This document shows, piece by piece, positions 46,283-56,558 of a stretch of 64,000 nt of DNA. This DNA comes from Ardenticatena maritima (lineage in GTDB: Bacteria > Chloroflexota > Anaerolineae > Ardenticatenales > Ardenticatenaceae): assembly GCF_001306175.1 (NCBI RefSeq), contig NZ_LGKN01000003.1, positions 1-64,000 on the forward strand. The letters run 5' to 3'. The notes under the pieces were generated by a model. That model searched no databases, was not told the origin of the DNA, and saw only the letters and a program-made list of their open reading frames with translations. How positions within the stretch are numbered: position 1 is the first letter of the stretch; every line of letters starts with the position of its first letter. Position numbers and translations under genes: made by a program.

Positions 46283-46587
46283 GCAGATTCCTCCCTACTT
46301 ACGTGAACACTTGTGCGCACTTGGCTCACGATGACTTGACGCGGTTGCGGACGGCTGAAAGACAGAGGTGAGGGGCAAAAGGTGTCTTGAACGGAAAACC
46401 GCATGTACCTGTGGGGGCACATGCGTCAGGGCGGTTTCACAATGAGCAGACAAGACAAAAAGGCCCGTTTGTGACAAGCGGACCTTGCGATTTGTCATCG
46501 TCACGGCGTTTCGTATGTCCTTTGATTGGATTTTTGGTTCAAAACGTGAAGCGCGCGCCCACATCCGCTATCTTTCAGCAAAGCGTA

Positions 46588-46616
46588 AGTATATGCAAGT
46601 GGGCGAGACGTGTCAA
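46588..46616 (-). promoter_or_regulatory. Dedicated rpoC promoter
   Basis: Minus strand TTGACA (46616-46611), 17 bp, TATACT (46593-46588); implies a leader of about 300 nt. Confidence 0.75.
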
Positions 46617-46660
46617 ATGAGCGCTTTCAGAATATGGCGGTGTGGGCATGTTGCCCAGAG

Positions 46661-47167
46661 TTATGCTTCTGTTTCGCCAAGGGCGTCGCGCCAAGCGTCA
46701 ACCATGGCATCGCCAATATCCATGAGGATGACTTGCTCGATGACGGGCGAATCGGCAAACTCGCGCAAGGCGCTGACCATGGCGCGCGCGGCGTCGTGCG
46801 GGGAGACACCGCCCACCCCCGTGCCCATGCCGGGAATAGCGACCGAGCGGCACCCGCATTCTTCCGCCACGCGCAGGGCGGCGCGTGTGGCGGCGCGGAT
46901 TTTCTCCGGCGATGAGGGCATGGCGGGGCGCTCCATGGTGGGCGCGTGGATGACGTAGCGGGCGTTGAGCCGCCCGGCGGTTGTGGCGACGGCTTCGCCC
47001 ACGGGAATGGGGGCTTTGGCGCGGGCTTCGCGGTCAATCTCATCACCACCAGCGCGGCGCAAAGCGCCGGCAACACCACCGCCCATTATGCCGAGGCTGT
47101 TGGCGGCGTTCACAATGCAGTCGGCTTCAACCTTTGTAATGTCGCCTTTCCGCACGTCAATGCGCAT
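46661..47167 (-). CDS. Macro domain (ADP-ribose binding/hydrolase) protein
   Basis: GDIT, IVNAAN, MGGGVAGAL, VIHAPTM, PGMGTGVGG. Confidence 0.92.
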   Translation of the reverse strand: MRIDVRKGDITKVEADCIVNAANSLGIMGGGVAGALRRAGGDEIDREARAKAPIPVGEAVATTAGRLNARYVIHAPTMERPAMPSSPEKIRAATRAALRVAEECGCRSVAIPGMGTGVGGVSPHDAARAMVSALREFADSPVIEQVILMDIGDAMVDAWRDALGETEA

Positions 47168-47359
47168 GGCTCGCCTCCATCTCGTCCGGTTGGCGTTGGT
47201 GGGTATATGGTGTGGAAGAAAAAAGGTGTTGTCAAAGAGGGTGGCGATGTTGGGACGGGGTTCTTCGTCTCGGCTTTGTCCTATCCGAACACTCTTCTAT
47301 AATCCTGATACGTTTTTGTGATTTTTGGCACATATACGTCAACAGAAAGGATGGCGCTC

Positions 47360-48481
47360 ATGTTTGGATTAGGAAAGAAGTCTTCTGGCACTGTGACACC
47401 GGAGCAAGTGCTTGACGCATTGCGCACGGTGCAAGAACCGGAGTTGCACCGCGACCTGGTCACGCTCAACATGGTGCGTGATATCAAGGTGGATGGCGGG
47501 AATGTCGAGTTTACGGTTGTGCTGACGACGCCCGCATGTCCGCTCCGCTCGCATATCGAGCAAGATTGTATCCGCGCCGTGCAGGCGATCCCCGGCGTTG
47601 AAAATGTGCGCGTGCATTTTGATTCCAACGTGCCGCAAGACCACCGCATGAAGGGGAACGTGATGACGGGCATTCGCAACGTCATCGCCGTGGCGTCTGG
47701 CAAGGGGGGCGTTGGGAAGAGCACCGTCGCGACCAACATTGCCGTCTCGTTGGCGTTGGAAGGCGCGCGTGTGGGCTTGCTGGACGCCGACATTTACGGT
47801 CCCAACATTCCGCTGATGATGGGCGTGAAGCAACTGCCCCCACCGCAAAACAACCGCATCATGCCCGCCGAAGCCTACGGCGTCAAACTGATGAGCATCG
47901 GCTTCATGGTGCCGCCTGACCAGCCCATTGTCTGGCGGGGTCCCATGCTCCACACGGCATTGCGGCAATTCCTGGGCGATGTTGAGTGGGGTGAATTGGA
48001 CTACCTGATTGTGGATATGCCGCCCGGCACGGGGGATGTGCAGTTGTCGCTGGCGCAAAGCGCCGCGCTTTCGGGCGGTGTCGTGGTCACCACACCGCAG
48101 GATGTGGCGCTGGCGGATGTGCGCAAAGGGTTAGTCGCGTTCCAAAAATTGAATGTGCCCGTGCTGGGTATCATCGAAAACATGAGTTATTTCGTCTGCC
48201 CGAATTGCGATACGCGCCATTACATTTTTGGGCAGGGCGGCGGTCGCAAGTATGCCGAAGAGGTGGGCGTGCCCCTGTTGGGCGAAATTCCGCTGGATAC
48301 GCGCGTGGTTGAGGGTGGCGATACCGGCAAGCCGATTGTCATCGCCGCGCCGGAAAGCCCGGTGGCGCAAGCCTTGCGTGACATTGCGCGCCAACTGGCG
48401 GCGGCGGTCAGCGTCTCCGCGATGCAGACGCAACCCGAAGGGGTCATTGGCTTGGGGGATATTCCCGTTATGAATGACTGA
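47360..48481 (+). CDS. apbC: Mrp/NBP35 Fe-S cluster carrier ATPase
   Basis: N-terminal FeS-assembly domain (LTTPACP), SGKGGVGKST, WRGPM, DMPPGTGD, ENMSYFVCPNC. Confidence 0.93.
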   Translation: MFGLGKKSSGTVTPEQVLDALRTVQEPELHRDLVTLNMVRDIKVDGGNVEFTVVLTTPACPLRSHIEQDCIRAVQAIPGVENVRVHFDSNVPQDHRMKGNVMTGIRNVIAVASGKGGVGKSTVATNIAVSLALEGARVGLLDADIYGPNIPLMMGVKQLPPPQNNRIMPAEAYGVKLMSIGFMVPPDQPIVWRGPMLHTALRQFLGDVEWGELDYLIVDMPPGTGDVQLSLAQSAALSGGVVVTTPQDVALADVRKGLVAFQKLNVPVLGIIENMSYFVCPNCDTRHYIFGQGGGRKYAEEVGVPLLGEIPLDTRVVEGGDTGKPIVIAAPESPVAQALRDIARQLAAAVSVSAMQTQPEGVIGLGDIPVMND

Positions 48482-48501
48482 ACGGGCAACATGAGGAAGA
48501 C

Positions 48502-48531
48502 AAAACGCGCCCCACGCGGGGCGCGTTTTTG
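48502..48531. terminator. Bidirectional intrinsic terminator
   Basis: AAAACGCGCCCC-ACGC-GGGGCGCGTTTTT. Confidence 0.8.
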
Positions 48532-48549
48532 CTTGTGCGGCGGCGGTCG

Positions 48550-50385
48550 TCAGCGGGAGACGGTGGGGGCGTGTTCTGCACAGACGCGGCGACCGGCTTC
48601 CCCACGCACCATGACGACAAATTCTTTCCCCGGCGTGCGGCTGGCGACCGTGTAGCGGCAAACGTCGTTGTTCCAGAGCGTTTCGACCGACAGGATATGC
48701 ACGCGGTCGTTCGGGTTGAAGATGATGGCGCGCACTTCGTCGGGGGCGTTTTCGATGTCGGCGATGGTGAAGAGGACGCGGTTCCAGTCGGGGTTTTTCA
48801 TGTTGAAGGCGACGTTGCGGGTGTCAACCCAGTGGGGGTAGGAGAAAATGTACACGTGCTCGACGCCGCCCACATAAGAGGCGACGGTGAGAATCTCTTG
48901 GGCGATTTCGCTGGAATTCCACGAGGATTGGGCATATTGGGCGCGGTACGTCACGAAGTAGGTTTGCCAGTTGAGCACAGCCGCCCAGAGAATGAGAATG
49001 GTTGTTCCGGCAAGCGCCAGCAAGTGCCAATGGCGGGCGTGGCGGTTGGCGCGTTGAAGCAGGGTGTCGAGTGGGAGCGCGGAAAGCAGCATGACGATGG
49101 GAAGTGCGCCCCCCATGCGGACAACGCTGGGGTTTTCGTTGGGCCAGGCGAGCGCCAGCACGCTTGGCAAGATAAGGATAGGCAATCCCAGGAGCGCCAC
49201 CGCCCATTCGATGCGTGGGCGCTGAATCAGATTGACAAGCACCAGGGCAATGCCGATGACAAACAGCACGCCGGTGATGCGGTCCAGGAAGGGGTCGCCC
49301 AGAACGGCGTTGGGCCAGGCGGAATCGCCATGCAGATGGAATGCGAGCGCCGCGTTTTTCAGGTTCAACAGGAAGACGTTCACCCCCGGCTCCGCTATGC
49401 CGGATGCCATGCGGCTGGCGCTCCGATACCAGAACAGGTCGGGGTGTTCAAGGCTGAATCGTAGCAGCGGCACAAAGGCAATCACGGTTGAAAGGGGTGC
49501 GAGGGCGGCGCGCAAGAACCAATCAGGCCAGGCGGTGCGCGGTGGGCGCGCCCAGAGAAACGCAACGGCAAAGGCGACGGCGACCAGGAGCGGCACGATG
49601 CGCGTGGCGGTGTAGCCGTGTAGCCCAAGCCCAAGCGCCAGACCCGTGAGCACCCAGTCGCGTGTGTGGTTGAAGCGCACAGCACGCCATAAGAACCCCA
49701 ACACTAGCGCCGTGGCGAGGGGTGTGTAGGGAAAGCGCAATCCGACGCGCGAGATGGCGATGTGCCATTTGCTTATCGCCAGCAGTAAGCCGGTCAGCAG
49801 TGCGAGGCGGCGCGAACCGCCCAGCCCCCAACGCACCGCCCACATGGTGAGGGCGACTGTGAGCCAACTCACCAGCGCCGTGCCGACTTTGAGCGCCATG
49901 TAGGAGAGCCCCAGCCCCAGTGGACCGGCCAACAATGCTGTCACGTAGAATTGCGCCGGTTCGCGCCCGGTGTTGCGCGGGAAGAAGATGGGGCGCATGC
50001 CGTTGAGCACGTCGCGCACGTCCAGGAGTTTTTCGGCGTGGTCGCTGGTCATTTCCGGCGGAAGGTTGGGCAAGTCGTAAAAGCGGAAGAGTGCGGCAAC
50101 GAGCAGGACGCCGGTAGCGGCAAGCACGTACACATGCACCCCCGCACGCCCTCGGGCAAACAGGCGTGGGCGAGGTGTATCCCACCAGGCGGCGAGCCAG
50201 CAGGCCATGCTGCCCACCCAGGCGAGTACACCGGGAGCGCGATAGGTGTTATCGGCGGCTTGCCACCAGGCAATCAGGCTCAACACGAGTGCGAGCGCGA
50301 CCCAGAGGGCGCGAGTGCGTAGGCGCTCATGCCATGCGATGTCAACATGTGTTGTTTCGCGCGGCATGTTATTCGCTTGCTGCAT
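48550..50385 (-). CDS. GT-C (ArnT/PMT-like) membrane glycosyltransferase
   Basis: Polytopic protein; FRFYDL...PPEMTSDHAEK, NTGREP, WHIAISRVG; SD GGAGG before ATG 50385. Confidence 0.82.
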   Translation of the reverse strand: MQQANNMPRETTHVDIAWHERLRTRALWVALALVLSLIAWWQAADNTYRAPGVLAWVGSMACWLAAWWDTPRPRLFARGRAGVHVYVLAATGVLLVAALFRFYDLPNLPPEMTSDHAEKLLDVRDVLNGMRPIFFPRNTGREPAQFYVTALLAGPLGLGLSYMALKVGTALVSWLTVALTMWAVRWGLGGSRRLALLTGLLLAISKWHIAISRVGLRFPYTPLATALVLGFLWRAVRFNHTRDWVLTGLALGLGLHGYTATRIVPLLVAVAFAVAFLWARPPRTAWPDWFLRAALAPLSTVIAFVPLLRFSLEHPDLFWYRSASRMASGIAEPGVNVFLLNLKNAALAFHLHGDSAWPNAVLGDPFLDRITGVLFVIGIALVLVNLIQRPRIEWAVALLGLPILILPSVLALAWPNENPSVVRMGGALPIVMLLSALPLDTLLQRANRHARHWHLLALAGTTILILWAAVLNWQTYFVTYRAQYAQSSWNSSEIAQEILTVASYVGGVEHVYIFSYPHWVDTRNVAFNMKNPDWNRVLFTIADIENAPDEVRAIIFNPNDRVHILSVETLWNNDVCRYTVASRTPGKEFVVMVRGEAGRRVCAEHAPTVSR

Positions 50386-52408
50386 GGGTATCGTCCTCCA
50401 ATGCGAGGGTTTCGATGCGGTCACGTCCATGCTCTTTGGCGCGGTAGAGCAAATCGTCGGCTACTTCGAGCAACGCCGAAAACGTCTGCATGGAAGGCAA
50501 AAGCGTGGCAACGCCAAAACTGCCGGTGACATGGACCTGGTGCTTGTCGGTTTTGCATGGGGTCGAACGCATCCAGGTGTGAATGCGTGCAGCGACGGTA
50601 AGCGCACGGTCAAGCGGCAAGCCCGGCAACAAAATGGCAAACTCTTCGCCGCCATAGCGCGCCAAAATGTCGCTAGAACGCAAGAGGCGCTGTACCCCGC
50701 GCGCAACATGCACCAGCACACGGTCACCGACCAGGTGGCCGTATGTGTCGTTGATGCGTTTGAAGTGGTCCAAGTCGAACAGGATGACGGAGAGGGGGAG
50801 ATTGAGACGCTGAGAACGGGCGACTTCACGCTCGCCCACTTCAAACAGATAGCGGCGGTTGTACACGCCTGTCAGCGGGTCGGTTTTGGCTTGACGTTGC
50901 AGGGCGATATAGAGTTGATGGTTTTGGAGTGCAACCGCCATTTGCGTGGCGATCGTTGCTAGCACTTCGCGGTCGCTTTCGTCGAAATCATCTTTGTGCA
51001 GGTCGCGAATTGCGGTTATCGTGCCAACAACACGCCCTTCAAACATCATGGGTGCCACCAGAGTAGAACCGCCTTGCGTCTGCTGGCGGTGGTGTGCGAC
51101 GGCGTCGCTTTCACGGGGGTCGCGTTTACCTTTGGGCGAGACAGCCGTTTTGCGGTGGCGGATTGCCCAGCCTGTGAGACCCTGCATCAATTCTTCAAAC
51201 GAGACTTGGGGGGAAAGATGCTGGCTTGGGCCACCACTGGCAAAGCCGAGTATCTGACGCGCTTCCATATCCAGCCAGTAAATCAGCACGCGGTCGGCGT
51301 CGAGTACATGTGCGGTAGAGTGGGCGATTTCTTCAAGCAGCGGTTGTACGTCATCGGTGAGATGCGCCATGCGTTGCCCAAGCGCGTTCAGCAGACGCCA
51401 GCGGCGTGCCGCGTGTTTTGACGCTTCGACCATTTGGTGCAAGCGTCTCAGCAAGCGCACATTGGTAATGGCAATGCCGGCCTGGTCGGCGAGCATCAGG
51501 GCAATGCGTGCGTGTTCTTCGGTGTACATGTAGGGGCGTACATTGTCAATCGTGAGCATGCCTACAATCTGCTCGCCGGCTCGGATAGGGACGCCAATCC
51601 AACTCCGAATGTGGGTTGTGCCGCCGTAGGCGCGAAAACGCGCATCTTGCTGGGCGTCTCCCAGGACAATTGGCGTTTTACGGCGCACAATTTCTTGAAA
51701 AAGTGCATCGTTTTGAGCGTCAATACGAATATCTTTGATGCGTTCGTTTTCAAATCCAACCGCCGCGGCAACGCGGAATGTGGTTTGGTCTTCTTCCAGG
51801 AGCAGGATCGAAGCCGAGTCGTAAGGGACCAGAAGGGCAAGCCCTGAAAGCACCTGCGAGAAGATGCTGTCAAGTTGATGTTTGGAGACAATCATCAATG
51901 TGGTGGCGTGCAACGTGTGCATGAGATGACGGTAGCGGTCTGTGGTGTCGGCGTGAAGAAGGGCGCGGTAGGCGAGAATGGTCAAAGCGGCCAACAGTTC
52001 TAGGTAGCGTTCAAACAAGGGCGACCATTGGTCGGACTTGATGAGGACGCCGCCCCATAAGGGGGGCGCTTCCGCATCGAAGAGCGTTAGCCAGAGAACG
52101 CCCTCAGGAGTTTGAATGTGTCCCGCTTCCAGCGTGGAAAGAGTGTTCAGGCTACTCAGAAGACGGCGCACACGGCCGCCTTGCGCCACAACCTGGTGGC
52201 CGTGTGCCTCTTCATGCTCAAATACAACGGCGGCTTCAATCGCGTCGAATGCGCGTGGAAGCGAGGTCGCCCAATGGTGCATGAGTTGCTTGGGGGTACG
52301 CAAGGTCATGACACGGCGAGCGAAAGCCTGCATTGGTTGGAGCCACACCAATGCAGACTCTTCGGCCGATGCACCTGACGCCTGGGGGGGAAGTTCGGGA
52401 AGCGTCAT
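50369..52408 (-). CDS. GAF-GAF-GGDEF diguanylate cyclase
   Basis: Two GAF domains; DPLTGVYNRR, DLDHFKRIND, RSSD I-site and GGEEF. Confidence 0.92.
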   Translation of the reverse strand: MTLPELPPQASGASAEESALVWLQPMQAFARRVMTLRTPKQLMHHWATSLPRAFDAIEAAVVFEHEEAHGHQVVAQGGRVRRLLSSLNTLSTLEAGHIQTPEGVLWLTLFDAEAPPLWGGVLIKSDQWSPLFERYLELLAALTILAYRALLHADTTDRYRHLMHTLHATTLMIVSKHQLDSIFSQVLSGLALLVPYDSASILLLEEDQTTFRVAAAVGFENERIKDIRIDAQNDALFQEIVRRKTPIVLGDAQQDARFRAYGGTTHIRSWIGVPIRAGEQIVGMLTIDNVRPYMYTEEHARIALMLADQAGIAITNVRLLRRLHQMVEASKHAARRWRLLNALGQRMAHLTDDVQPLLEEIAHSTAHVLDADRVLIYWLDMEARQILGFASGGPSQHLSPQVSFEELMQGLTGWAIRHRKTAVSPKGKRDPRESDAVAHHRQQTQGGSTLVAPMMFEGRVVGTITAIRDLHKDDFDESDREVLATIATQMAVALQNHQLYIALQRQAKTDPLTGVYNRRYLFEVGEREVARSQRLNLPLSVILFDLDHFKRINDTYGHLVGDRVLVHVARGVQRLLRSSDILARYGGEEFAILLPGLPLDRALTVAARIHTWMRSTPCKTDKHQVHVTGSFGVATLLPSMQTFSALLEVADDLLYRAKEHGRDRIETLALEDDTHAASE

Positions 52409-52436
52409 ACCAAAATCCTGTCATGTGATTCTCTGC

Positions 52437-54464
52437 TCAATCGGCCGGTTTGCGCGCATGGAAAAAGATGTACGGACCTTCACCACGTGGGCGTGCTTCA
52501 TAATGTGGGCGCAGCCACGCCTCGAAAAGCGCCGTGCTCACCGGATTGGGGAACGCCACCCATTTGCCGGTCAGAATGCGGCTGAGAAGGCGTGGAACGC
52601 CCACGTAGTGCCCAAGGTCAAAGGCCTTGTGCCCCTCCGGCGTGATGTAGTATTCCCAATGGTCTACTTCAAACCCGTGCATGTTGAGCAAGTCTTGCCA
52701 GGTTTGCGGGTCGTAGGTGTGGAAGTGCGCCGAATGGCGGTTGAACCAATCGCCGTAGGCGCGGGCGAGTGTTGAGAGCCCCAGTTTCTGGAAGAGGGTT
52801 GACCCCAGCAACATATCCGCAAAGCGGTGGCTGGGTACGCCAAAGATGAAACGCCCACCCGGTTGCAGAACGCGGTAGGTTTCGCGCAACACGGCTTCCA
52901 GGTCGGGGATGTGTTCAACCACGCAGTTGGCTACAACCGTCTTGAAGAAGGCGTCCGGGAAGGGCATGTGCGTGGCGCTGGCGACAAGCGGAAAACGGTA
53001 CACGCCGCGTTGGGCGGCTTCGCGAACAATCTGTTCGTCTGGGTCTATGCCGGCAAAGAGTGGTCGCCCAAACGCCATTTGGGCAAAGTGCCCATCGCCG
53101 CACCCCAAATCGAGCACGGGGTTTTCAATGGGACCCGCCTCCGCGAAGAGTTTGCATTCCACGCTGCGCAAGAGCGCCCGAAACGGCGGCACGCTTTCCA
53201 GATGGTCGCGCAGGTAGTCGCGTTCGGCGGGGGGCACAATGCCATTGGTGGCATCATCGTTCACGTAGGATGGTGTGCCGTGGACTTCGTCCAGCAGTTT
53301 GCGGAAGAGCGCTTCGTAGCGTTCGACCGTTGTTTGAAGCGAAAAATGTTGCTCGATGACCTCACGCGGTTGAACGTATTCAGCACGATGGCGGATGACT
53401 TCCACAATGGCGTCAGCAAGGGCGCGTGCATCGCGCGGGGGCACAATGCGCCCCATTTGCGTTGTGCGAATGGGGACCCGCACGCCGGGCAAATCGCTGG
53501 CGACAACGGGCGTGCCGCACAACATGCTTTCCACCTGCACCAGCCCAAAACTTTCGGTGCTGTTGATACTGGGCAGAATGGTCACATCACACGCTTTGTA
53601 GAACACCGCCATTTGTTGGGGGTCCAGCACGCCCAAAAACTCCCAGTGCTCGCCGGCGGCTTGCACCAGCGGCCACAATCGCTCGCGGTAGGCTTCTTCG
53701 CCAATCACGTTCTGATATTCGCCGGCGAACAGCACTTTGACGTTGGGCAGTTCCTGGCGAATAAGCGGCAACGCTTCCAGCACGTACTCAACGCCCTTTT
53801 CGGTGGCGAAACGGGCGGCAAAGCCAATCAGGTGTTCGCCGTTGGGGGCGTGTTGCGCTTTGAACGCCTCCACCGCTTCATCGTCAGCATCGGCAACAAC
53901 CACCGGCGGCGGAATGATTTCACGCTTGTGGGGGAAGCGCCGCAGCACACGGCTAAAGTTGGCGTAGTCGTCGGTGTAGGCGACGAAGCGGTCAACCATC
54001 AGCCCCGCCACAACGTTGCTGATGAAGACGGCTTCATCCACTAGGCGGTTGAAGAGGCTGGGCGGCAAATTCACATCGCAGTGGTAGGTGGCAATCACCG
54101 GGCGACGGTACACGTAGCGCGCCAGAAAGGGCAGGGTGAAGGCTTCCACAAACGTGTTGGGCAGGTTGATGGCGGCGACATCATGCTCGCGCAAGAGGCG
54201 GGCGGCGGTGCGGAAGTAGCCCGGCATGATAGCCCCTTTGCTGATCCAGAAGGCGACCGGTTCGCGCACGACGCGCACGCCGTTGATAACTTCTTCTTGC
54301 GGCAGGTGCTTATCGTATTGCGAGGTGAGTACGGTCACGGTATGACCGCGGGCGGCAAGGGCTTCGGCAAGCCGCTGGACATAGATGGTCAGCCCCGATA
54401 CGTGGGGGCGGTAGTAGGTCAGCGAAAGTAAAATGCGCAGTTTTTTTTCAGACGGCTTCATCAC
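52437..54464 (-). CDS. GT4 glycosyltransferase fused to a class I SAM methyltransferase
   Basis: EKGVEY and ESFGLVQVES GT4 motifs; C-terminal LDLGCGDG...VVEHIPD...VLQPGG. Confidence 0.88.
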   Translation of the reverse strand: MMKPSEKKLRILLSLTYYRPHVSGLTIYVQRLAEALAARGHTVTVLTSQYDKHLPQEEVINGVRVVREPVAFWISKGAIMPGYFRTAARLLREHDVAAINLPNTFVEAFTLPFLARYVYRRPVIATYHCDVNLPPSLFNRLVDEAVFISNVVAGLMVDRFVAYTDDYANFSRVLRRFPHKREIIPPPVVVADADDEAVEAFKAQHAPNGEHLIGFAARFATEKGVEYVLEALPLIRQELPNVKVLFAGEYQNVIGEEAYRERLWPLVQAAGEHWEFLGVLDPQQMAVFYKACDVTILPSINSTESFGLVQVESMLCGTPVVASDLPGVRVPIRTTQMGRIVPPRDARALADAIVEVIRHRAEYVQPREVIEQHFSLQTTVERYEALFRKLLDEVHGTPSYVNDDATNGIVPPAERDYLRDHLESVPPFRALLRSVECKLFAEAGPIENPVLDLGCGDGHFAQMAFGRPLFAGIDPDEQIVREAAQRGVYRFPLVASATHMPFPDAFFKTVVANCVVEHIPDLEAVLRETYRVLQPGGRFIFGVPSHRFADMLLGSTLFQKLGLSTLARAYGDWFNRHSAHFHTYDPQTWQDLLNMHGFEVDHWEYYITPEGHKAFDLGHYVGVPRLLSRILTGKWVAFPNPVSTALFEAWLRPHYEARPRGEGPYIFFHARKPAD

Positions 54465-54488
54465 GGGTCTTTGCCTCCACGGTGTTGA

Positions 54489-55526
54489 TTACAGATGAGC
54501 GAACAGGTGCATATTGTCGCGCACCCAGTGGAACAAGCGTGTCACGCCTTCTTCCACACCAATTTTCGGTCGCCAGCCAAAATCACGTTCGGCTTTGCGG
54601 ATATCGCTGATATAGACACGCTGGTCGCCGGGGCGCCAATCGGCATAGGTGACAGGAATGGTGCGCCCAAGCAAGCGTTCCAGCAAGGGACCAAACTCCG
54701 CCCAGATGCTCATGGTGTTCTCGGGCCCACCCCCAATGTTGTACACATTCCCCGCGGTGCGGTCAATATGCGCTATCGCTGCATCATATGCATCGAGCAA
54801 ATCATCAATGAAGAGCACATCGCGGACTTGCTTCCCGTCGCCGTAGATGGTAATCGGGCGACTTTTCAACGCGGCGATGATGAACCACGCCACCCATCCC
54901 TGGTCTTCGATACCAAACTGGCGATAGCCGTAGATGCAACTTTGCCGCATCACCACGGAACGGATGCCGTAAATGCGGTGGTAGTCGCGCACGTATTGGT
55001 CGCCTGCCCCTTTGGAGCAACCATATGGGGAGTGAAAGTCGAGCGGTTGCGTTTCAGGCACGCCAAAAGGCAAATGTGCGTAGCGGTAGCGTGTGGCTTC
55101 TTCCACCACCCCTACGTCTTCCATACCACCATACACCTTGTTTGTGCTACTGTACAACACAATCGGATTATCGGCGACGAGCCGCGCGGCTTCCAGCACG
55201 TTGAACGTGCCCAGCGCGTTGGCTTCAAAATCGGCGCGCGGGTCTTTGACCGAGGTCGTCACCGCCACTTGCCCCGCCAGGTGGTAGATGCGTTGCGCCC
55301 CTTCCGCCGCGCGTTGCAGGCTTTCAAAATCGGCGACATCGCCGCGCACCAGATGCAGTGTGCCCGCGCTCGTGGCGGCAATCTCGTTGAGCCAGGCGAC
55401 GTTGGCGTCGCATCCTGAGCGTGAAAGATTGTCGTACACCACCACATCATGCCCCTGTTGGAGCAAGCGCGCGACCAGGTTTGAACCGATGAAACCAGCG
55501 CCCCCTGTCACCAAAATACGAGCCAT
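54489..55526 (-). CDS. NAD-dependent sugar-nucleotide epimerase (CDP-paratose 2-epimerase/RfbE-like)
   Basis: TGGAGFIG, AGQVAVTTS, STNKVYG, SPYGCSKG, RQSCIYG, DQGWVAWF. Confidence 0.88.
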   Translation of the reverse strand: MARILVTGGAGFIGSNLVARLLQQGHDVVVYDNLSRSGCDANVAWLNEIAATSAGTLHLVRGDVADFESLQRAAEGAQRIYHLAGQVAVTTSVKDPRADFEANALGTFNVLEAARLVADNPIVLYSSTNKVYGGMEDVGVVEEATRYRYAHLPFGVPETQPLDFHSPYGCSKGAGDQYVRDYHRIYGIRSVVMRQSCIYGYRQFGIEDQGWVAWFIIAALKSRPITIYGDGKQVRDVLFIDDLLDAYDAAIAHIDRTAGNVYNIGGGPENTMSIWAEFGPLLERLLGRTIPVTYADWRPGDQRVYISDIRKAERDFGWRPKIGVEEGVTRLFHWVRDNMHLFAHL

Positions 55527-55559
55527 GTTTCCCCTCTCAGTTTGAAATTGATTGCAACG

Positions 55560-56558
55560 TCAGCGTTCATCGGCGCTTTGCATGGCGGCGAGCATTTGCC
55601 TGTATCCCATGCCGCGCCGTGCCAATCCCAGCAGACCGGCGGCAATCAGCCCAAAGAAGTTGACGCCATGCAGGGCGAGCGCCACTCCCCGCGCCAGGTT
55701 TTCTTCAATCCCGACCAAAAGCAGGGCGGCGGTCACAGCCCCCTCGAAAGGACCTAACCCGCCCGGCGAGGGAAGCGCCAGACCAAACGCCGCCGCAACA
55801 ATCGTCAATGCGGCCACGGTGGGCGGCACATCAACACCGAACGCGAGGATGACGACCCAGTACGTCAAAATCGTCAAGCCCCATGTCGGCACAGACCAGA
55901 AGAGAATCCGCGCGAGCACCCCAGGCGCATGCATGACGGCGAAACTGTCAAGCAGTGAGAAGAGCCGCTGCGCCCATGTGTCGGCGTGAAGGCGCGGTAC
56001 ACGTCTCAGCACGCGCGTCAATTGCCGCCGCCCCCATTCAGGGTGGATGGTGAGCAGGCTGGCAATGATGATGACCGCAACGGTTCCCACGCCAATCAGC
56101 AGGCCGGCGCGTATGAGCGTCGCCGGCAGCGGCAGAAAGGGCAGAAGACCTATCACAATGACGACGATAATCAACATGTCCACCAACCGCTCAAAGACCG
56201 TCGCCGAAAGGGCTTGCGGCAAAGTGGGTTCGCCGTCGTGCCAGCCGGAAAGCAGATAACTGCGTACAACATCGCCCGCACGCGCCGGAAACAGCATGTT
56301 GATGAGGTAGCCAATACCCACTACGTCAAACAATGTGCCGATGCGCAGGCGTTCATGTTGCGGCCAGAAGAACCAGCGCCACCGAATGGCGCGAAAATAG
56401 ACGCCGGCGATGGTGAGGATGAACCCCAAAGCAATGAGGAAGCCGTTTGCGTTGCGGAATGCGTCCCACAATACCGCCCAATCCGTGTTCCAGAAGACAG
56501 CGGCGAAAATAAGCAGACCAATTGTCAAACTGAGTAAAAATCGTCGCATACTCTTCAC
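55560..56558 (-). CDS. Flippase-like (LPG synthase TM / UPF0104) membrane protein
   Basis: RAIRW, N.LFPARAGD.VR, FERL.D, PSPGGLGPFE. Confidence 0.88.
   Translation of the reverse strand: MKSMRRFLLSLTIGLLIFAAVFWNTDWAVLWDAFRNANGFLIALGFILTIAGVYFRAIRWRWFFWPQHERLRIGTLFDVVGIGYLINMLFPARAGDVVRSYLLSGWHDGEPTLPQALSATVFERLVDMLIIVVIVIGLLPFLPLPATLIRAGLLIGVGTVAVIIIASLLTIHPEWGRRQLTRVLRRVPRLHADTWAQRLFSLLDSFAVMHAPGVLARILFWSVPTWGLTILTYWVVILAFGVDVPPTVAALTIVAAAFGLALPSPGGLGPFEGAVTAALLLVGIEENLARGVALALHGVNFFGLIAAGLLGLARRGMGYRQMLAAMQSADER

Noticed and set aside
47286..47299. Third LexA box (CGAACACTCTTCTA) between the macro-domain and apbC genes
   Set aside because: The right half-site and spacing do not fit GAAC-N4-GTTC
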